NCBI GenBank assembly: GCA_000146045.2
Contig: BK006948.2
Span: 832,001-896,000, forward strand
From: TPA_inf: Saccharomyces
Lineage: Eukaryota
DNA: 64,000 nt
Reading direction: 5' to 3'
The notes under the pieces are model-generated. The model was not told the origin of the DNA. It saw only the letters and a list, made by a program, of their open reading frames with translations, and did not search any database. Position 1 is the first letter of the stretch. Each line of letters begins with the position of its first letter. Positions 41,201 through 50,898 of this stretch are shown here, one piece after another. Made by a program: the position numbers and the translations under genes.

Positions 41201-42071
41201 GTCAAGAGATCGTGCAATAAACCTAATAGTCAACAAATTTTCTGATTTTATTGCATTTGCCTTCTCGAGAACCACATTAAAAACAGTGTGTGGTCACCAT
41301 GGTTCTGCACTTGCGTCTGACGAAGCAGTATATGACGCAATTTTACCACTATTTGACTATTTAAACGCAAATTTGAACATTCTGGCATCAGAACTTTCAC
41401 AGAGATTGTTGTTTATGGTAATGCTAAGAGCGTGGAACCTCGTTTTAGAGAACGCTGATTTACTTCTTCTACCTGCATTGAATAGCGCTAAAGTTAATAT
41501 ATTGCGTTCAGCAAAGAAATCTTTGTGGGAAAATACTCTTTCAACCACAAAAACGGTATCAGGATACGGTCGTCCTTTGACTCAAGCGGAAATCGAGGCT
41601 GTATTCAAATGGCTTGATGCGCTGTGTGTAGATTTTTTTCATAATAAAGGAGAAGGTCCCCCTCTTGCAGAATTGAAAAATGAGTATTACCAAAATATAT
41701 TGCTGATCCCAGCTTTTTATGATAAAAGTGTCTCCGAATTGAAGGATGAAGTTCAGCGATTGATTCCCCTATATGAAGAGTATTTGAGATGGTTTTATCT
41801 GAAGAAAACTCCGATTACTTTTACGAATAAATCCGCTGGAACAATATCTCGAAAAAAGTCGCTAGTAGCTAACATTGTAAAAGAGCCTAAGGAACAACTG
41901 GAACGTGATGCAGAAGTAATGAATATTATATTGAGAATATTGATCGCGAAAGGCCAACATGATTACGTTCATCGAATTTTACATGACAGAAAAGAACTTG
42001 TTAATACTATGAAAAATAGAAGAGCGGTGAGTAGAGCGGTCACTCCTACAGGAAAAAAGGGCAGAAACTGA
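38202..42071 (+). CDS. large uncharacterised protein with a C2 domain and Munc13-homology (MHD/MUN-like) regions (YOR296W-like), 1289 aa
   Basis: The track start is a GTG codon. The first ATG, at 38202, gives MNRTVSTLSS. The C2-like segment is VYTLRIIGAENIKGFSKTGLSNTYVSMRN...WDEEFVFE. The length matches YOR296W. Confidence 0.7.
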   Translation: MNRTVSTLSSTVSDVSVEIPSICNVINTELPTSDVYLYTLKLILLDYINEPRFKEAALLSNRTGTSRVLSDKTNHQQTQHGKKLVVDKQDDMSERDIVQATLRILKGKLAQISGNKNLAPNEMHWKSIVKMYYSMLDSSSADTFSKMGQMEEVVGYFTNIASNELKKMTIKNSRDELFSEVAYFIDLVIDVLPDSCANIIKRLLDYKINLKKGETTVKKKRAASPATVPQYRSISGSTISNKQPSFKVQDISHMKYFMQLFETDETKLHQDVMAVKDDCTNPIFCGELRYLRKKIKKDNGTLTASDFSSDREYNLWKNYELLEIANLMDRFEIGEKVTSHGNRLIPKDAKSVFVRLIGLVLKKECSNAVNAINLSQEALFFFHKSARYWRIEYPSTISSLVYSAANLSVLGDEELNIPITENLFSVIRNKYLCSEDNLDPSAWNAQDRYLWAANLFHTTDQSMRTINNLLTAIFSGTKPKFSPVLSFYYSNIVGDPVMEFYETQSVAVKKYWIKLFKKTLFKASEDYFVSLLQDMLKANAIEIQNVQNLVETIIEAIKAIQKRYNKPLLDEISLPRQCAVFLCEVYGSDSLNLIKTAEKSTMKMTGQKLGPIDALDMYDVLKELRQIYLQVKPKGKFFFNLENYFIKYLTRLCDDVSRNVQKVIKSSLESENWQPVNDQDHFSRSVLDIFKMINESTSMLEKFGWQNEFQLAQMITVILKAFSDGMLSYSAQLMELIQRDLQEGDEPSYSLESSDTRSSLSLNNANVNHEKSRSSRLFEDLKNVVKSTPKMVAPAPYQFKKRTCVLLNDLDKTLFLLESFEEKADPSKISSVIAQYHSSHNLEDNGKSFDDQNMKQVYTLRIIGAENIKGFSKTGLSNTYVSMRNITLQREIGTTKIVARSITPKWDEEFVFESPFGKSNDIMFTIWHHPHSRLKNLAEDDLCGKANMKFTPRKLKDDGFPIDFSLTLNPQGTLYCQISLESEKIDAVSSMGRIYRSFSRSRDRAINLIVNKFSDFIAFAFSRTTLKTVCGHHGSALASDEAVYDAILPLFDYLNANLNILASELSQRLLFMVMLRAWNLVLENADLLLLPALNSAKVNILRSAKKSLWENTLSTTKTVSGYGRPLTQAEIEAVFKWLDALCVDFFHNKGEGPPLAELKNEYYQNILLIPAFYDKSVSELKDEVQRLIPLYEEYLRWFYLKKTPITFTNKSAGTISRKKSLVANIVKEPKEQLERDAEVMNIILRILIAKGQHDYVHRILHDRKELVNTMKNRRAVSRAVTPTGKKGRN

Positions 42072-42742
42072 AGTCTCTTTTATATATATACATGGGGTGC
42101 TGACTAAACAGTTCCACCCTATATTTGAGCGTCGATAAAAAATGAATGAACGTGTATCATCGTTTATTATAAGAATCATAGTTTTATGGACAAGTTTTCC
42201 GTTTAGCATTTATACCCATATAGTAAAAAGTTTCGCAGATAGTGCGATAGTTGTATTCTGATTGCCTTATTATTATTTCACTAATTCTTTATTCACGTAG
42301 AGCATGACACTTTTTTTATGTGTTTCCTTTTGATTGTGAAATAAAGGCGAATCCTAACAAATATTAAAATGTTTCAATACATTGATAAAAATTGTAAACA
42401 TTATTTTTTTGTAGTATAAAAATTCGTTCCTCATCATTAAAGAAACAAAAAGCATACAGATAATAATAAAAAAGGCACTTTAGACAGAATGAGAATACTA
42501 GCAATCACGAATTCCTACTTTTCCTTTCTGTATCCCTAGGCGTTTCACTCGACAAGAATTGATCGTCTTGTACCAATCCAAGCAGATCGATATATACATA
42601 TATATCTGGATTTCGAGAAGAAGGATATATTTTATTGCTTATTTGTCTTTTTATAAAATCTCTCCTAAGTTAAGTTCATGGGGAATCTGACTCTAAAAAT
42701 GAAATCTTAGAAATGCAAAAAAAAAGAAAAAGTATGGGTGAG

Positions 42743-43321
42743 TCAGTTTCTTCCAAATATATACAAATGGTCATCATTTTCATTCCAAAGTTTCTTTACC
42801 AGGTCAACAAAACCATTATTTTTCGTTTCCAATTCGTAGATACCGTACAGGGACAACATGGATCCTCCATAGAGGCAATAAAGGGCGAGCTTATGCCATC
42901 TTGGATACTTTTCCTTCGGTATATAGTCAATAATACAACTTGTGAAGCCATACTGTAAATATATCAAAAAAATGGACGATAAAGACGCATCGAGTAAAGG
43001 ATTTATAACCCCGCCGGTAAAGGAGGCATAAAAAGGTACCATTGTTAATGGAATCAAAGTATATTTTGCTATTCTCTCATAGTCTTTTTGATAAGAGTCC
43101 TTAAATTGAGAGAACTCTGGGGGCTTAAACATCTGCACTGAAGAGGATGCCTCTTTTGACGTATTTGCAATATCGTTTATTTTATTTTCAGCATTTAAAC
43201 GATTAATGCTATAAAAGGATCTTTTGGTTGAAAGTACTAATCCTGGAAAAACAGCTCGTACAGGATTTACAATGACAGTGGAAGCATTAAGAACAGGCTT
43301 CAAGCCAGGAAACAATAGCAT
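42743..43321 (-). CDS. TIM18: TIM22-complex subunit, Sdh4 paralog, 192 aa
   Basis: The ATG whose complement is at 43319-43321 gives MLLFPGLKPVLNAS. A presequence is followed by 3 TM helices of an Sdh4/CybS-like fold. Confidence 0.7.
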   Translation of the reverse strand: MLLFPGLKPVLNASTVIVNPVRAVFPGLVLSTKRSFYSINRLNAENKINDIANTSKEASSSVQMFKPPEFSQFKDSYQKDYERIAKYTLIPLTMVPFYASFTGGVINPLLDASLSSIFLIYLQYGFTSCIIDYIPKEKYPRWHKLALYCLYGGSMLSLYGIYELETKNNGFVDLVKKLWNENDDHLYIFGRN

Positions 43322-43472
43322 TACCAAAGGTATTAAATTACTCAGTTGTTGCACCTCGCATCACCGTTAATTAATGTGTGCATTCCACTGTCTGGAAGTT
43401 TTCATTTTTATCCGATCTTTTGCGAGAATGGTTTGTTTTTCAAAAAAACCGAGTGTCAACAAGGCATGTAGC

Positions 43473-43482
43473 GACACAAAAT
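43473..43482 (+). promoter_or_regulatory. middle sporulation element (MSE, gNCRCAAAW; Ndt80/Sum1 site) about 120 bp upstream of MUM3
   Basis: gACACAAAAt matches the MSE consensus. MUM3 is a sporulation gene. Confidence 0.5.
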
Positions 43483-43598
43483 GAAAAATTGAAAGTTAAC
43501 AGGGCAAGATATGCACCATAATAGATTCATTGTTAATCTTAATCAAATAAAATTTCTCTTTTCCACACAGAAAACTAAACGAAAGGTATAACTTTAAG

Positions 43599-45038
43599 AT
43601 GGGTTTTGTTGATTTCTTCGAAACATATATGGTCGGTTCTAGGGTCCAGTTCAAACAGTTAGATATTTCTGATTGGTTGAGTCTGACCCCAAGGTTGCTT
43701 ATTCTTTTTGGCTATTTTTACCTTCATTCTTTTTTTACTGCAATCAATCAATTCCTACAGTTCATTAACACGAATTCCTTCTGTCTTAGACTGCATTTAC
43801 TATATGACAGATTTTGGTCGCATGTGCCCATAATAGGTGAGTACAAAATTCGGCTGCTCTCGAGGGCACTGACATATAGTAAACTGAAAATAATACCAAC
43901 TTTAGACAAGGTGCTGGAGGCGATTGAAATTTGGTTTCAGCTACATTTAGTTGAAATGACCTTCGAAAAAAAAAAAAACGTCCAAATTTTCATAACCGAG
44001 GGAAGTGATGACCTAAACTTTTTTAAAGATAGCAAATTCCAAACCACATTAATGATATGTAATCATCGATCAGTGAATGACTACACATTGATTAATTACC
44101 TTTTTCTCAAAAGTTGTCCCACCAAGTTTTATACTAAATGGGAATTTCTACAAAAGCTGAGGAAGGGGGAAGATCTAGCTGAATGGCCTCAGTTAAAATT
44201 TCTTGGTTGGGGAAAAATGTTTAACTTTCCTCGATTGGATCTACTAAAGAACATATTCTTCAAAGATGAAACACTCGCACTCTCATCGAATGAGTTAAGA
44301 GATATTTTAGAAAGACAAAACAATCAAGCTATTACTATTTTTCCCGAAGTCAATATCATGAGTTTGGAACTATCAATTATTCAAAGAAAATTACACCAAG
44401 ATTTTCCCTTTGTTATAAACTTCTATAATTTATTATACCCAAGATTTAAAAACTTTACCACTTTGATGGCTGCTTTTTCATCAATTAAAAACATCAAAAG
44501 AAAGAAAAACCGTAACAATATAATCAAAGAGGCCCGATACCTGTTTCACAGAGAACTTGACAAATTAGTTCACAAGAGCATGAAAATGGAGTCTTCCAAG
44601 GTATCCGATAAGACGACGCCGCCCATGATCGTAGATAATTCATACTTACTTACAAAAAAGGAAGAAATCAGCAGCGGCAAGCCCAAGGTGGTACGAATCA
44701 ATCCATACATATATGATGTCACCATAATTTATTACCGAGTCAAATATACTGATAGTGGGCATGATCATACCAACGGAGATTTGAGACTTCATAAAGGTTA
44801 TCAATTAGAGCAAATATCTCCGACAATCTTTGAGATGATTCAACCAGAAATGGAGTCTGAAAACAACATAAAGGATAAGGACCCCATTGTTGTGATGGTA
44901 AATGTAAAAAAGCATCAAATTCAACCATTACTCGCATACAATGATGAGAGTTTAGAAAAGTGGCTTGAAAATAGGTGGATAGAAAAAGATAGATTAATCG
45001 AGTCCTTGCAAAAAAATATTAAAATTGAGACCAAATAA
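43599..45038 (+). CDS. MUM3: sporulation-specific acyltransferase-like protein (outer spore wall), 479 aa
   Basis: An acyltransferase HxxxxD-type motif (CNHRSVNDY) is present, and the length and sequence are recognised as Mum3. There is an A13 run inside the coding sequence at 43966-43978. Confidence 0.7.
43966..43978 (+). repeat. A13 homopolymer inside the MUM3 coding sequence (encodes EKKKN)
   Basis: ttc GAA AAA AAA AAA AAC gtc. Confidence 0.9.
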
Positions 45039-45229
45039 AGATCCTGAATCATAATATATACGTGTGTACTTCACTTTCTATAGAGGAAAAAAAGCTAAAA
45101 AAAAAAAAAAATGATAAAATAAACGAAAAAAACCATAAAACGATCATGATAGAATAATGTACATTATTAAGAATGCTTCATTGATGACATGCAGTGCGAA
45201 AAGAAAGGAACAAATGAAAGAAGACCTCT

Positions 45230-45685
45230 TCATTTCTTCTTTGGAGCTCCCAAAGGCGAACCGATGTTGTTACCTCTCAATTTAACGCCTAAGGCTCTTT
45301 CCAACTTAGACAAAACTTGTTGGTTTGGAATAGCTCTAGCGGCTTCATAATCGTTTACCACGGTTGGCTTTTCGTTAATTTTGGTTGCCAAATCCTTCTG
45401 CGACATTTTCTTGTCTGTTCTGGCACGCGAGATGGCCCTACCGACATTTGGATCCAATTTCTTGGGTTTGACAATATCTGTCTCACGGTCGACCTTGGTC
45501 AACCTCTGACCCTCGTTGTCACCCCTCGTATTGGTTGATCCGTACTTCTTGTCAACGGAAACAACCAACCCCTGTCTTCTTGCAGCATTAATTTGGCCTT
45601 GAGATCTGGCAACGTTGGCCCTTGGGCCAGAACCACCAGCTCTTGCTCTGCTACCAATAATAGTATTTGTATCCCAGTCAGACAT
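45230..45685 (-). CDS. MBF1: multiprotein bridging factor 1 (HTH transcriptional coactivator / ribosome collision factor), 151 aa
   Basis: The full-length match is [18 protein letters not shown]...PLGAPKKK. The Cro/C1-type HTH is [22 protein letters not shown]. Confidence 0.9.
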   Translation of the reverse strand: MSDWDTNTIIGSRARAGGSGPRANVARSQGQINAARRQGLVVSVDKKYGSTNTRGDNEGQRLTKVDRETDIVKPKKLDPNVGRAISRARTDKKMSQKDLATKINEKPTVVNDYEAARAIPNQQVLSKLERALGVKLRGNNIGSPLGAPKKK

Positions 45686-46434
45686 TTTTCTTTACGATTT
45701 TGCTCGTTAACTTTTTTGTTTTCTAGCTTATTAGCTTTTACAGTTATGGAAGCGTAGATTCAACCTTCCCTAACACATGAAACTATTATTGGTTAAGCGA
45801 CAGGCGCCTTTCCAGCTACCTAATATATACCACCACCGTCAAGGGGCGCCCGTTCATGAAAGAGGCAACGATGGTGATCGATTATTTCCAGGAATTGTTC
45901 CATGACGTTCTACGTGGTTCTCTTGGTCGGGTAATACAATCAGGGTAACATAGTCAGGGTAACAGAATCCTTGCTTCTATTACCCTCCAATGCAAAGTTG
46001 ACTGGCGTACATTTGGGCCAAGTATCAGGCCTACCATCTTTTCATCAGTGTTCGATAAATGAGACGTAGTGACCCAAATTCAGTATGTCTTGATAGCTTA
46101 GTAAGACTTATAAGCATTTTCACGCATCTTGGAAGAAAGTTGCGAGCATTGCCTTAAGATTCTGTCATGCGGGTGTCGATAGCGTCACGTGAACACATTC
46201 CAAGTCCTTTTTTCTTCACCTTTTTCGGTACCTGGTACCTGAGCCAGGAATAGAAGAAGGATCTGAAAAACGTATGCAAATATAGCAAGAGGGCGTAAGC
46301 TTAGCCTCGAGGCAATGGCGTTTTAATTATTTTAAGATTTTTTTTCCATAAATAGTGCTGTTATTAAGTTGAAGTGTTTGAGAAGGGAGTGAGCGCAAAA
46401 AAATAAAGAACTAAGGAAGAAGAGCTTCCCTCAG

Positions 46435-48675
46435 ATGATTACGCAGAATTCTATACCAGAGGTAAAAGAAGATTTTATTGGTTATGCTTTACATGAGAGA
46501 AGAATTCGGTTACCGCAGTTTCAAGACTTAGGGCCGGCAGACTTGGTCACACTAACAAAGTATTTGCCCACTTCAAGTAACACAAATGCCATAAACAGTA
46601 CGAGTAGAAATGGTGCGGCCATTATTCAGTCCCCTGCAGCCGTTGTAGCCGATGACTCTGCCGCTTCCATGGCAACCAATGGCGATGCTAGTGACACCGC
46701 CGTTACCACAAATTATACAAATGCATCTATATACAGTAGCAGCAGAAATGCCAATGATGGAGCCCCGATGGTCGCTGAGCTCCATCCACTTGATAAACTG
46801 AAGGACGAAGTAGGGACATTTTTTTACTCAATGGGTGTCGATACATCCGGTCCAACTTCAATCGCAATTTTTTTGAAGGAGATTTCAGAGGTCATCAGCG
46901 AGAAACCCCAAGTTTGGTTTGGCAGGAAGAAAACCTTCAATGTTGCTCGAATTTCATTTTCCACTTGGAATGCGTTCAGGAGATGCGACATAAATGTCGT
47001 CGTTCATATTCCAGGATCGATTCAGAACTTTATAGTGGATTGCAACGGTGAAAGTCAAAATATAGAGATGTGTGCGGATTATGACTTAATTTGGGCTGAA
47101 ACGTTCGTAAGTGGCGTAGTACGGTCAATCATGTTAATGAAGGAAAACGCTGAAGAGGGAGAATTACAAAATTTAGTGGAAACCTTGATTTTGAACCCGT
47201 TTACTGCAGGACAAATCGACGATGTACCAGAAATGTTCATTGATCTGTTCCCTATAGTTTACCATAAGGGCCCATTATTGGGAGCTCCGTATTATATTAC
47301 CAATGTGACGAACACTAATAACTATTTGGTAGAAACACTCGTTGAGATAGTTAAGCTGACTCGTAATGTTAGCAGGGCGGAAATAATGTTGAAGAATCTG
47401 GCTACCGACAACCCTGAGGCGATCATAATACTAATCAAGATCTTTTTGGTGTGTGATCAAGAATTAGACGCAATAAAGCTCACATACGATATGCTTTCGC
47501 AGGATAAAATAATAAACAACACTAATAACCGCATGGATTATAAATCTGAATTACTGTGCTTACAAGCGCAATTTTTGATAGACAAAAGGCAGGATTACAG
47601 CTTGGCGCAAAACATAGCGCAAGAGGCAGTCAATTGTTCTCCCAGTGAATTTAGACCTTGGTATCTTTTATCCAAGGTGTATGTAAAGCTAAATGATATT
47701 GAAAATGCCTTACTGATACTGAATTCATGCCCTATGTCTCCATTAAAGGAAAAATACGTACTGAAAAGAGTAGCTCCGTTGCCTTCGAATAATAGTCTTC
47801 ATTTGCCATTGCCAATTGACGTTGTACTGGATGAAGTGACGTCGTTGAATCCACAAGACGTTCAGAATGAACACCGCTCTGCGGATCCAATGCTGGTCAA
47901 TTTAGCTGCGTCGAACTTGAAATCTACTTTCCAATTGGCATACCGATTATTGACAGAAATTGTGCAGATCACCGGCTGGGAAAATCTGTTAAAGTACAGA
48001 TCAAACATTTTCGTTATGGAAGAAGAGTACCAAAAATCATCATCTTCGTTACCAAAGGACGTTAACAAACAAGAAGAACAGCCTCTGAGGGCTAAACGGC
48101 TGTGTGAACGATGGTTAGACAACCTCTTCATGCTTTTATATGAAGACCTGAAGATGTATACATTATGGCAAACCGAACAACTGTACATGGATGCACAGAA
48201 TAACAACCACAATAAGTTGACTTTCGAATGGGAGTTATTTGGCCTTTGTGCACGTCGACTGGGCCATTTCCCTGAGGCCGCCAAGGCCTTCCAGAACGGT
48301 TTATCGCAGAGATTTTCATCAAGGTGCGCGAGGAAACTGCTGGAATATTGTATAAACGAACGCCAACGGGTCAAAAATTTTATAAACTCACCTAATTCGC
48401 ATGACATGGTCCCTGAAATAGTAAGCTCACGCATAAGAGAGCTAGACAATAGCATTATCGACCTTTGCGTGAAGATATGCTGCTGGAACCACCGTTGGTA
48501 TACGGAATTTTCCATAAGTTTACTTGATTGTTTAAGTGTGGTTATTCAAGATATGAGTCTGACCAAAGTTTCGAATGAAATCTCGTCAAGATATCCAGAA
48601 ACTGTTCTCAACTTGGTGCAGGAGAATTTGCTCAATTTCTTCACTACTTGCACCATTGGATGCTACGATGCATAA
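46435..48675 (+). CDS. BUD7: ChAPs-family exomer cargo adaptor (Chs5-Arf1 binding), 746 aa
   Basis: Length and sequence are recognised. TPR-like repeats lie in the C-terminal half. Confidence 0.75.
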   Translation: MITQNSIPEVKEDFIGYALHERRIRLPQFQDLGPADLVTLTKYLPTSSNTNAINSTSRNGAAIIQSPAAVVADDSAASMATNGDASDTAVTTNYTNASIYSSSRNANDGAPMVAELHPLDKLKDEVGTFFYSMGVDTSGPTSIAIFLKEISEVISEKPQVWFGRKKTFNVARISFSTWNAFRRCDINVVVHIPGSIQNFIVDCNGESQNIEMCADYDLIWAETFVSGVVRSIMLMKENAEEGELQNLVETLILNPFTAGQIDDVPEMFIDLFPIVYHKGPLLGAPYYITNVTNTNNYLVETLVEIVKLTRNVSRAEIMLKNLATDNPEAIIILIKIFLVCDQELDAIKLTYDMLSQDKIINNTNNRMDYKSELLCLQAQFLIDKRQDYSLAQNIAQEAVNCSPSEFRPWYLLSKVYVKLNDIENALLILNSCPMSPLKEKYVLKRVAPLPSNNSLHLPLPIDVVLDEVTSLNPQDVQNEHRSADPMLVNLAASNLKSTFQLAYRLLTEIVQITGWENLLKYRSNIFVMEEEYQKSSSSLPKDVNKQEEQPLRAKRLCERWLDNLFMLLYEDLKMYTLWQTEQLYMDAQNNNHNKLTFEWELFGLCARRLGHFPEAAKAFQNGLSQRFSSRCARKLLEYCINERQRVKNFINSPNSHDMVPEIVSSRIRELDNSIIDLCVKICCWNHRWYTEFSISLLDCLSVVIQDMSLTKVSNEISSRYPETVLNLVQENLLNFFTTCTIGCYDA

Positions 48676-48964
48676 ATACGATAAAAAGACATTAATACGT
48701 ATATATAATCCAAAAAAAATTGGCGATACGCTTCAACGTTGTGTCAAACTCTTGGGTCACTTTAAAGAAAACCCAGCATACATTAATACAGAGCAATGCT
48801 GGTTATGTAACTTCGCCGCCCGCCGCCATTCGAGGAAAAATATTCGTGTTTCGAGAATGCGGGCAAAACGAAAATATCAATAAAACACATACGGGAAATT
48901 CATTGTGCACAACGACCTCTAACAATTTCTGCCAAAAAGAAAGTTCAAGAGCGTCCCATTCATC

Positions 48965-50272
48965 ATGAAGGAAGAGCTCAGCAAAGTGAGCAGTATGCAA
49001 AATTTCGAGATGATCCAGCGTGAACGATTGCCAACATTGTATGAAGTGTTAATACAGAGGACATCGCAGCCAGTTGATCTCTGGACTTTTTATACATTTC
49101 TTTCACAATTCCCATATGCCATCAACTATCTGGACTTTTGGGTTGACCTTATGACACATACACGACTTTGCAAAAACTACATAGAGTTGGTAAGAAAATC
49201 ATTAATCAACTTTCCACAAGAACAACAGCAGAATGGAAGTACATCTACGGCTACATTTGACTTGCTGAACGCACTGATAGAAGAAGGGCACCTAGACCCG
49301 GAAGCACCTGATAAACTCTTAGAAAATAGCGGCCCAGACGTGCCCTTTTCACCAAAATTAAACGAATTGCTGGGTGATTGGAAGCACCAATCGGGTATCG
49401 GTCAAGAAGCCCTGAGAAACGAAGACGTAGCGCTGATCGTCGACGAGATAATGAAAAGGCGCTCCCAACAAGACGGAAAACCGCAGATAACTACAAAACA
49501 ACTGCTGCACAGCGCAGTTGGTCTCTGCAACACCTATTTAGTATCGCCCGAACAAAGCGAACGGTACCTGAGCAACATCCCCATGGAAACGCGGAACCGC
49601 ATAATAGAAAGCGTACAAATCGAGCGAAAGTACGACATTGAGATTTTTGACGACCTAAAAAACCTAACTTACCAATTCCTAGAAATGGATTGTTTCCCAA
49701 AATTTCTAAGCCGCGTCGCACTACACAACATCCACGATGAAATATCTGATTGGAGATTCCACTCAGTGGGCGTCACCAACGAAAAAAGCAATCGCTCTCG
49801 AGGCCAGACGCACATTTCTCGCTCGCCATTCTCCAATCACACGTCAATCAGTCGTATTGGCTTTGGTTTGCTCTGGCTAGGCATCGGCTTTTGGATCGGA
49901 TATGTTCTAATCTTCCTGGCGTATAGTCGCGCAATCCGTGTCGTTACGGTCGTGCCATTTACACTGGGATGCTACTGCATTGTGTGTGGCATGTATCAAG
50001 TGGACATTGTGTATTCCTGGTTTGGCGTCACACAGAGACTTCTCCACAGACACAAAAACGCTGGCAATGACGAAGGAGATGCTTCTAGTGATACCGATCA
50101 CGTGCCAATGATACTTGCGGTGTTCGGCGGTAGGCGCCGTCTTACCCGCATAGAGCACCCATTTACTCGGCAGCTTCTACGTAAGCGTGGACTGTGGTGT
50201 CTGCTTCTCGTAGTGGGTGCCACTGCCGCATTCACAGTTATTTTCAGCTGTGTTCCCGGCCGTCGTGTATGA
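48965..50272 (+). CDS. RAX1: bipolar bud-site selection membrane protein (RGS-like N-terminus, C-terminal TM segments), 435 aa
   Basis: The sequence MKEELSKVSSMQNFEMIQRERLPTLYEVL has an RGS-like domain, and C-terminal TM helices are present. The gene order BUD7-RAX1-CPA1 fits. Confidence 0.7.
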   Translation: MKEELSKVSSMQNFEMIQRERLPTLYEVLIQRTSQPVDLWTFYTFLSQFPYAINYLDFWVDLMTHTRLCKNYIELVRKSLINFPQEQQQNGSTSTATFDLLNALIEEGHLDPEAPDKLLENSGPDVPFSPKLNELLGDWKHQSGIGQEALRNEDVALIVDEIMKRRSQQDGKPQITTKQLLHSAVGLCNTYLVSPEQSERYLSNIPMETRNRIIESVQIERKYDIEIFDDLKNLTYQFLEMDCFPKFLSRVALHNIHDEISDWRFHSVGVTNEKSNRSRGQTHISRSPFSNHTSISRIGFGLLWLGIGFWIGYVLIFLAYSRAIRVVTVVPFTLGCYCIVCGMYQVDIVYSWFGVTQRLLHRHKNAGNDEGDASSDTDHVPMILAVFGGRRRLTRIEHPFTRQLLRKRGLWCLLLVVGATAAFTVIFSCVPGRRV

Positions 50273-50414
50273 TGTAATCCATCACCCCCCTATAAAAACA
50301 CCTGTGCACCGCATATTTCCATAGCGCGTGACGCTAAGTACAAGAAACAGCGAGGGGCCGTTAAGTGCAGGCTTTACCGAGGGCGCCGGCTGGCGCTTCC
50401 CGTGGAAGGGTGTT

Positions 50415-50421
50415 TGACTCA
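50415..50421 (+). promoter_or_regulatory. Gcn4 response element TGACTCA in the CPA1 promoter, with an inverted weaker copy (TTACTCATCAT) at 50451-50463
   Basis: The sequence reads gtgtTTGACTCATCATcgc...cctcATGATGAGTAAAt. CPA1 is under general amino-acid control. Confidence 0.6.
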
Positions 50422-50623
50422 TCATCGCATCGCATTACCTCATGATGAGTAAATAGTTGCGATTTCACTTATCACCTCTCGCGGAAAAAAAAGGCGATGA
50501 CATGATATATAAGGCTCTCTCGTAAGACACTTAACTATCCAACGTTCATTAGATTATTCGGTCAATTTCTTTTTTCATGCCCCTCCTTTTTCTTTTCTTT
50601 TCTTGACTCGTCGTTTCTTTTTC

Positions 50624-50643
50624 TTTTTTTTTTTTTTTTTTTT
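50624..50643. repeat. T20 tract plus flanking (TTTC)n in the CPA1 promoter
   Basis: A run of about 20 T residues. Confidence 0.85.
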
Positions 50644-50764
50644 CTTCAGAACTATAACACATAGATACACTCGAACATCTAATTGTTTAAATACTGCAAA
50701 GAATACAAGGTAATCGACTCTTCTACATACCCTTTTTGCAGATTTGAAATAAAAAAAACATTAT

Positions 50765-50842
50765 ATGTTTAGCTTATCGAACTCTCAATACACCTGCCAA
50801 GACTACATATCTGACCACATCTGGAAAACTAGCTCCCACTAA
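50765..50842 (+). CDS. 25-codon uORF: CPA1 arginine attenuator peptide ([25 protein letters not shown]), YOR302W
   Basis: ATG TTT AGC TTA TCG AAC TCT CAA TAC ACC TGC CAA GAC TAC ATA TCT GAC CAC ATC TGG AAA ACT AGC TCC CAC TAA. The ORF ends 56 nt upstream of the CPA1 ATG. Confidence 0.9.
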   Translation: MFSLSNSQYTCQDYISDHIWKTSSH

Positions 50843-50898
50843 TTTCATTGCTTAATAATCAGAAATTCTATCACAAACCACTCCTAAAAATATTTCAA

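Noticed and set aside
48575-48883. 102-aa plus-strand ORF overlapping the BUD7 3' end in another frame
   Set aside because: It overlaps BUD7 on the same strand out of frame. Basic low-complexity composition with no support. Treated as dubious.
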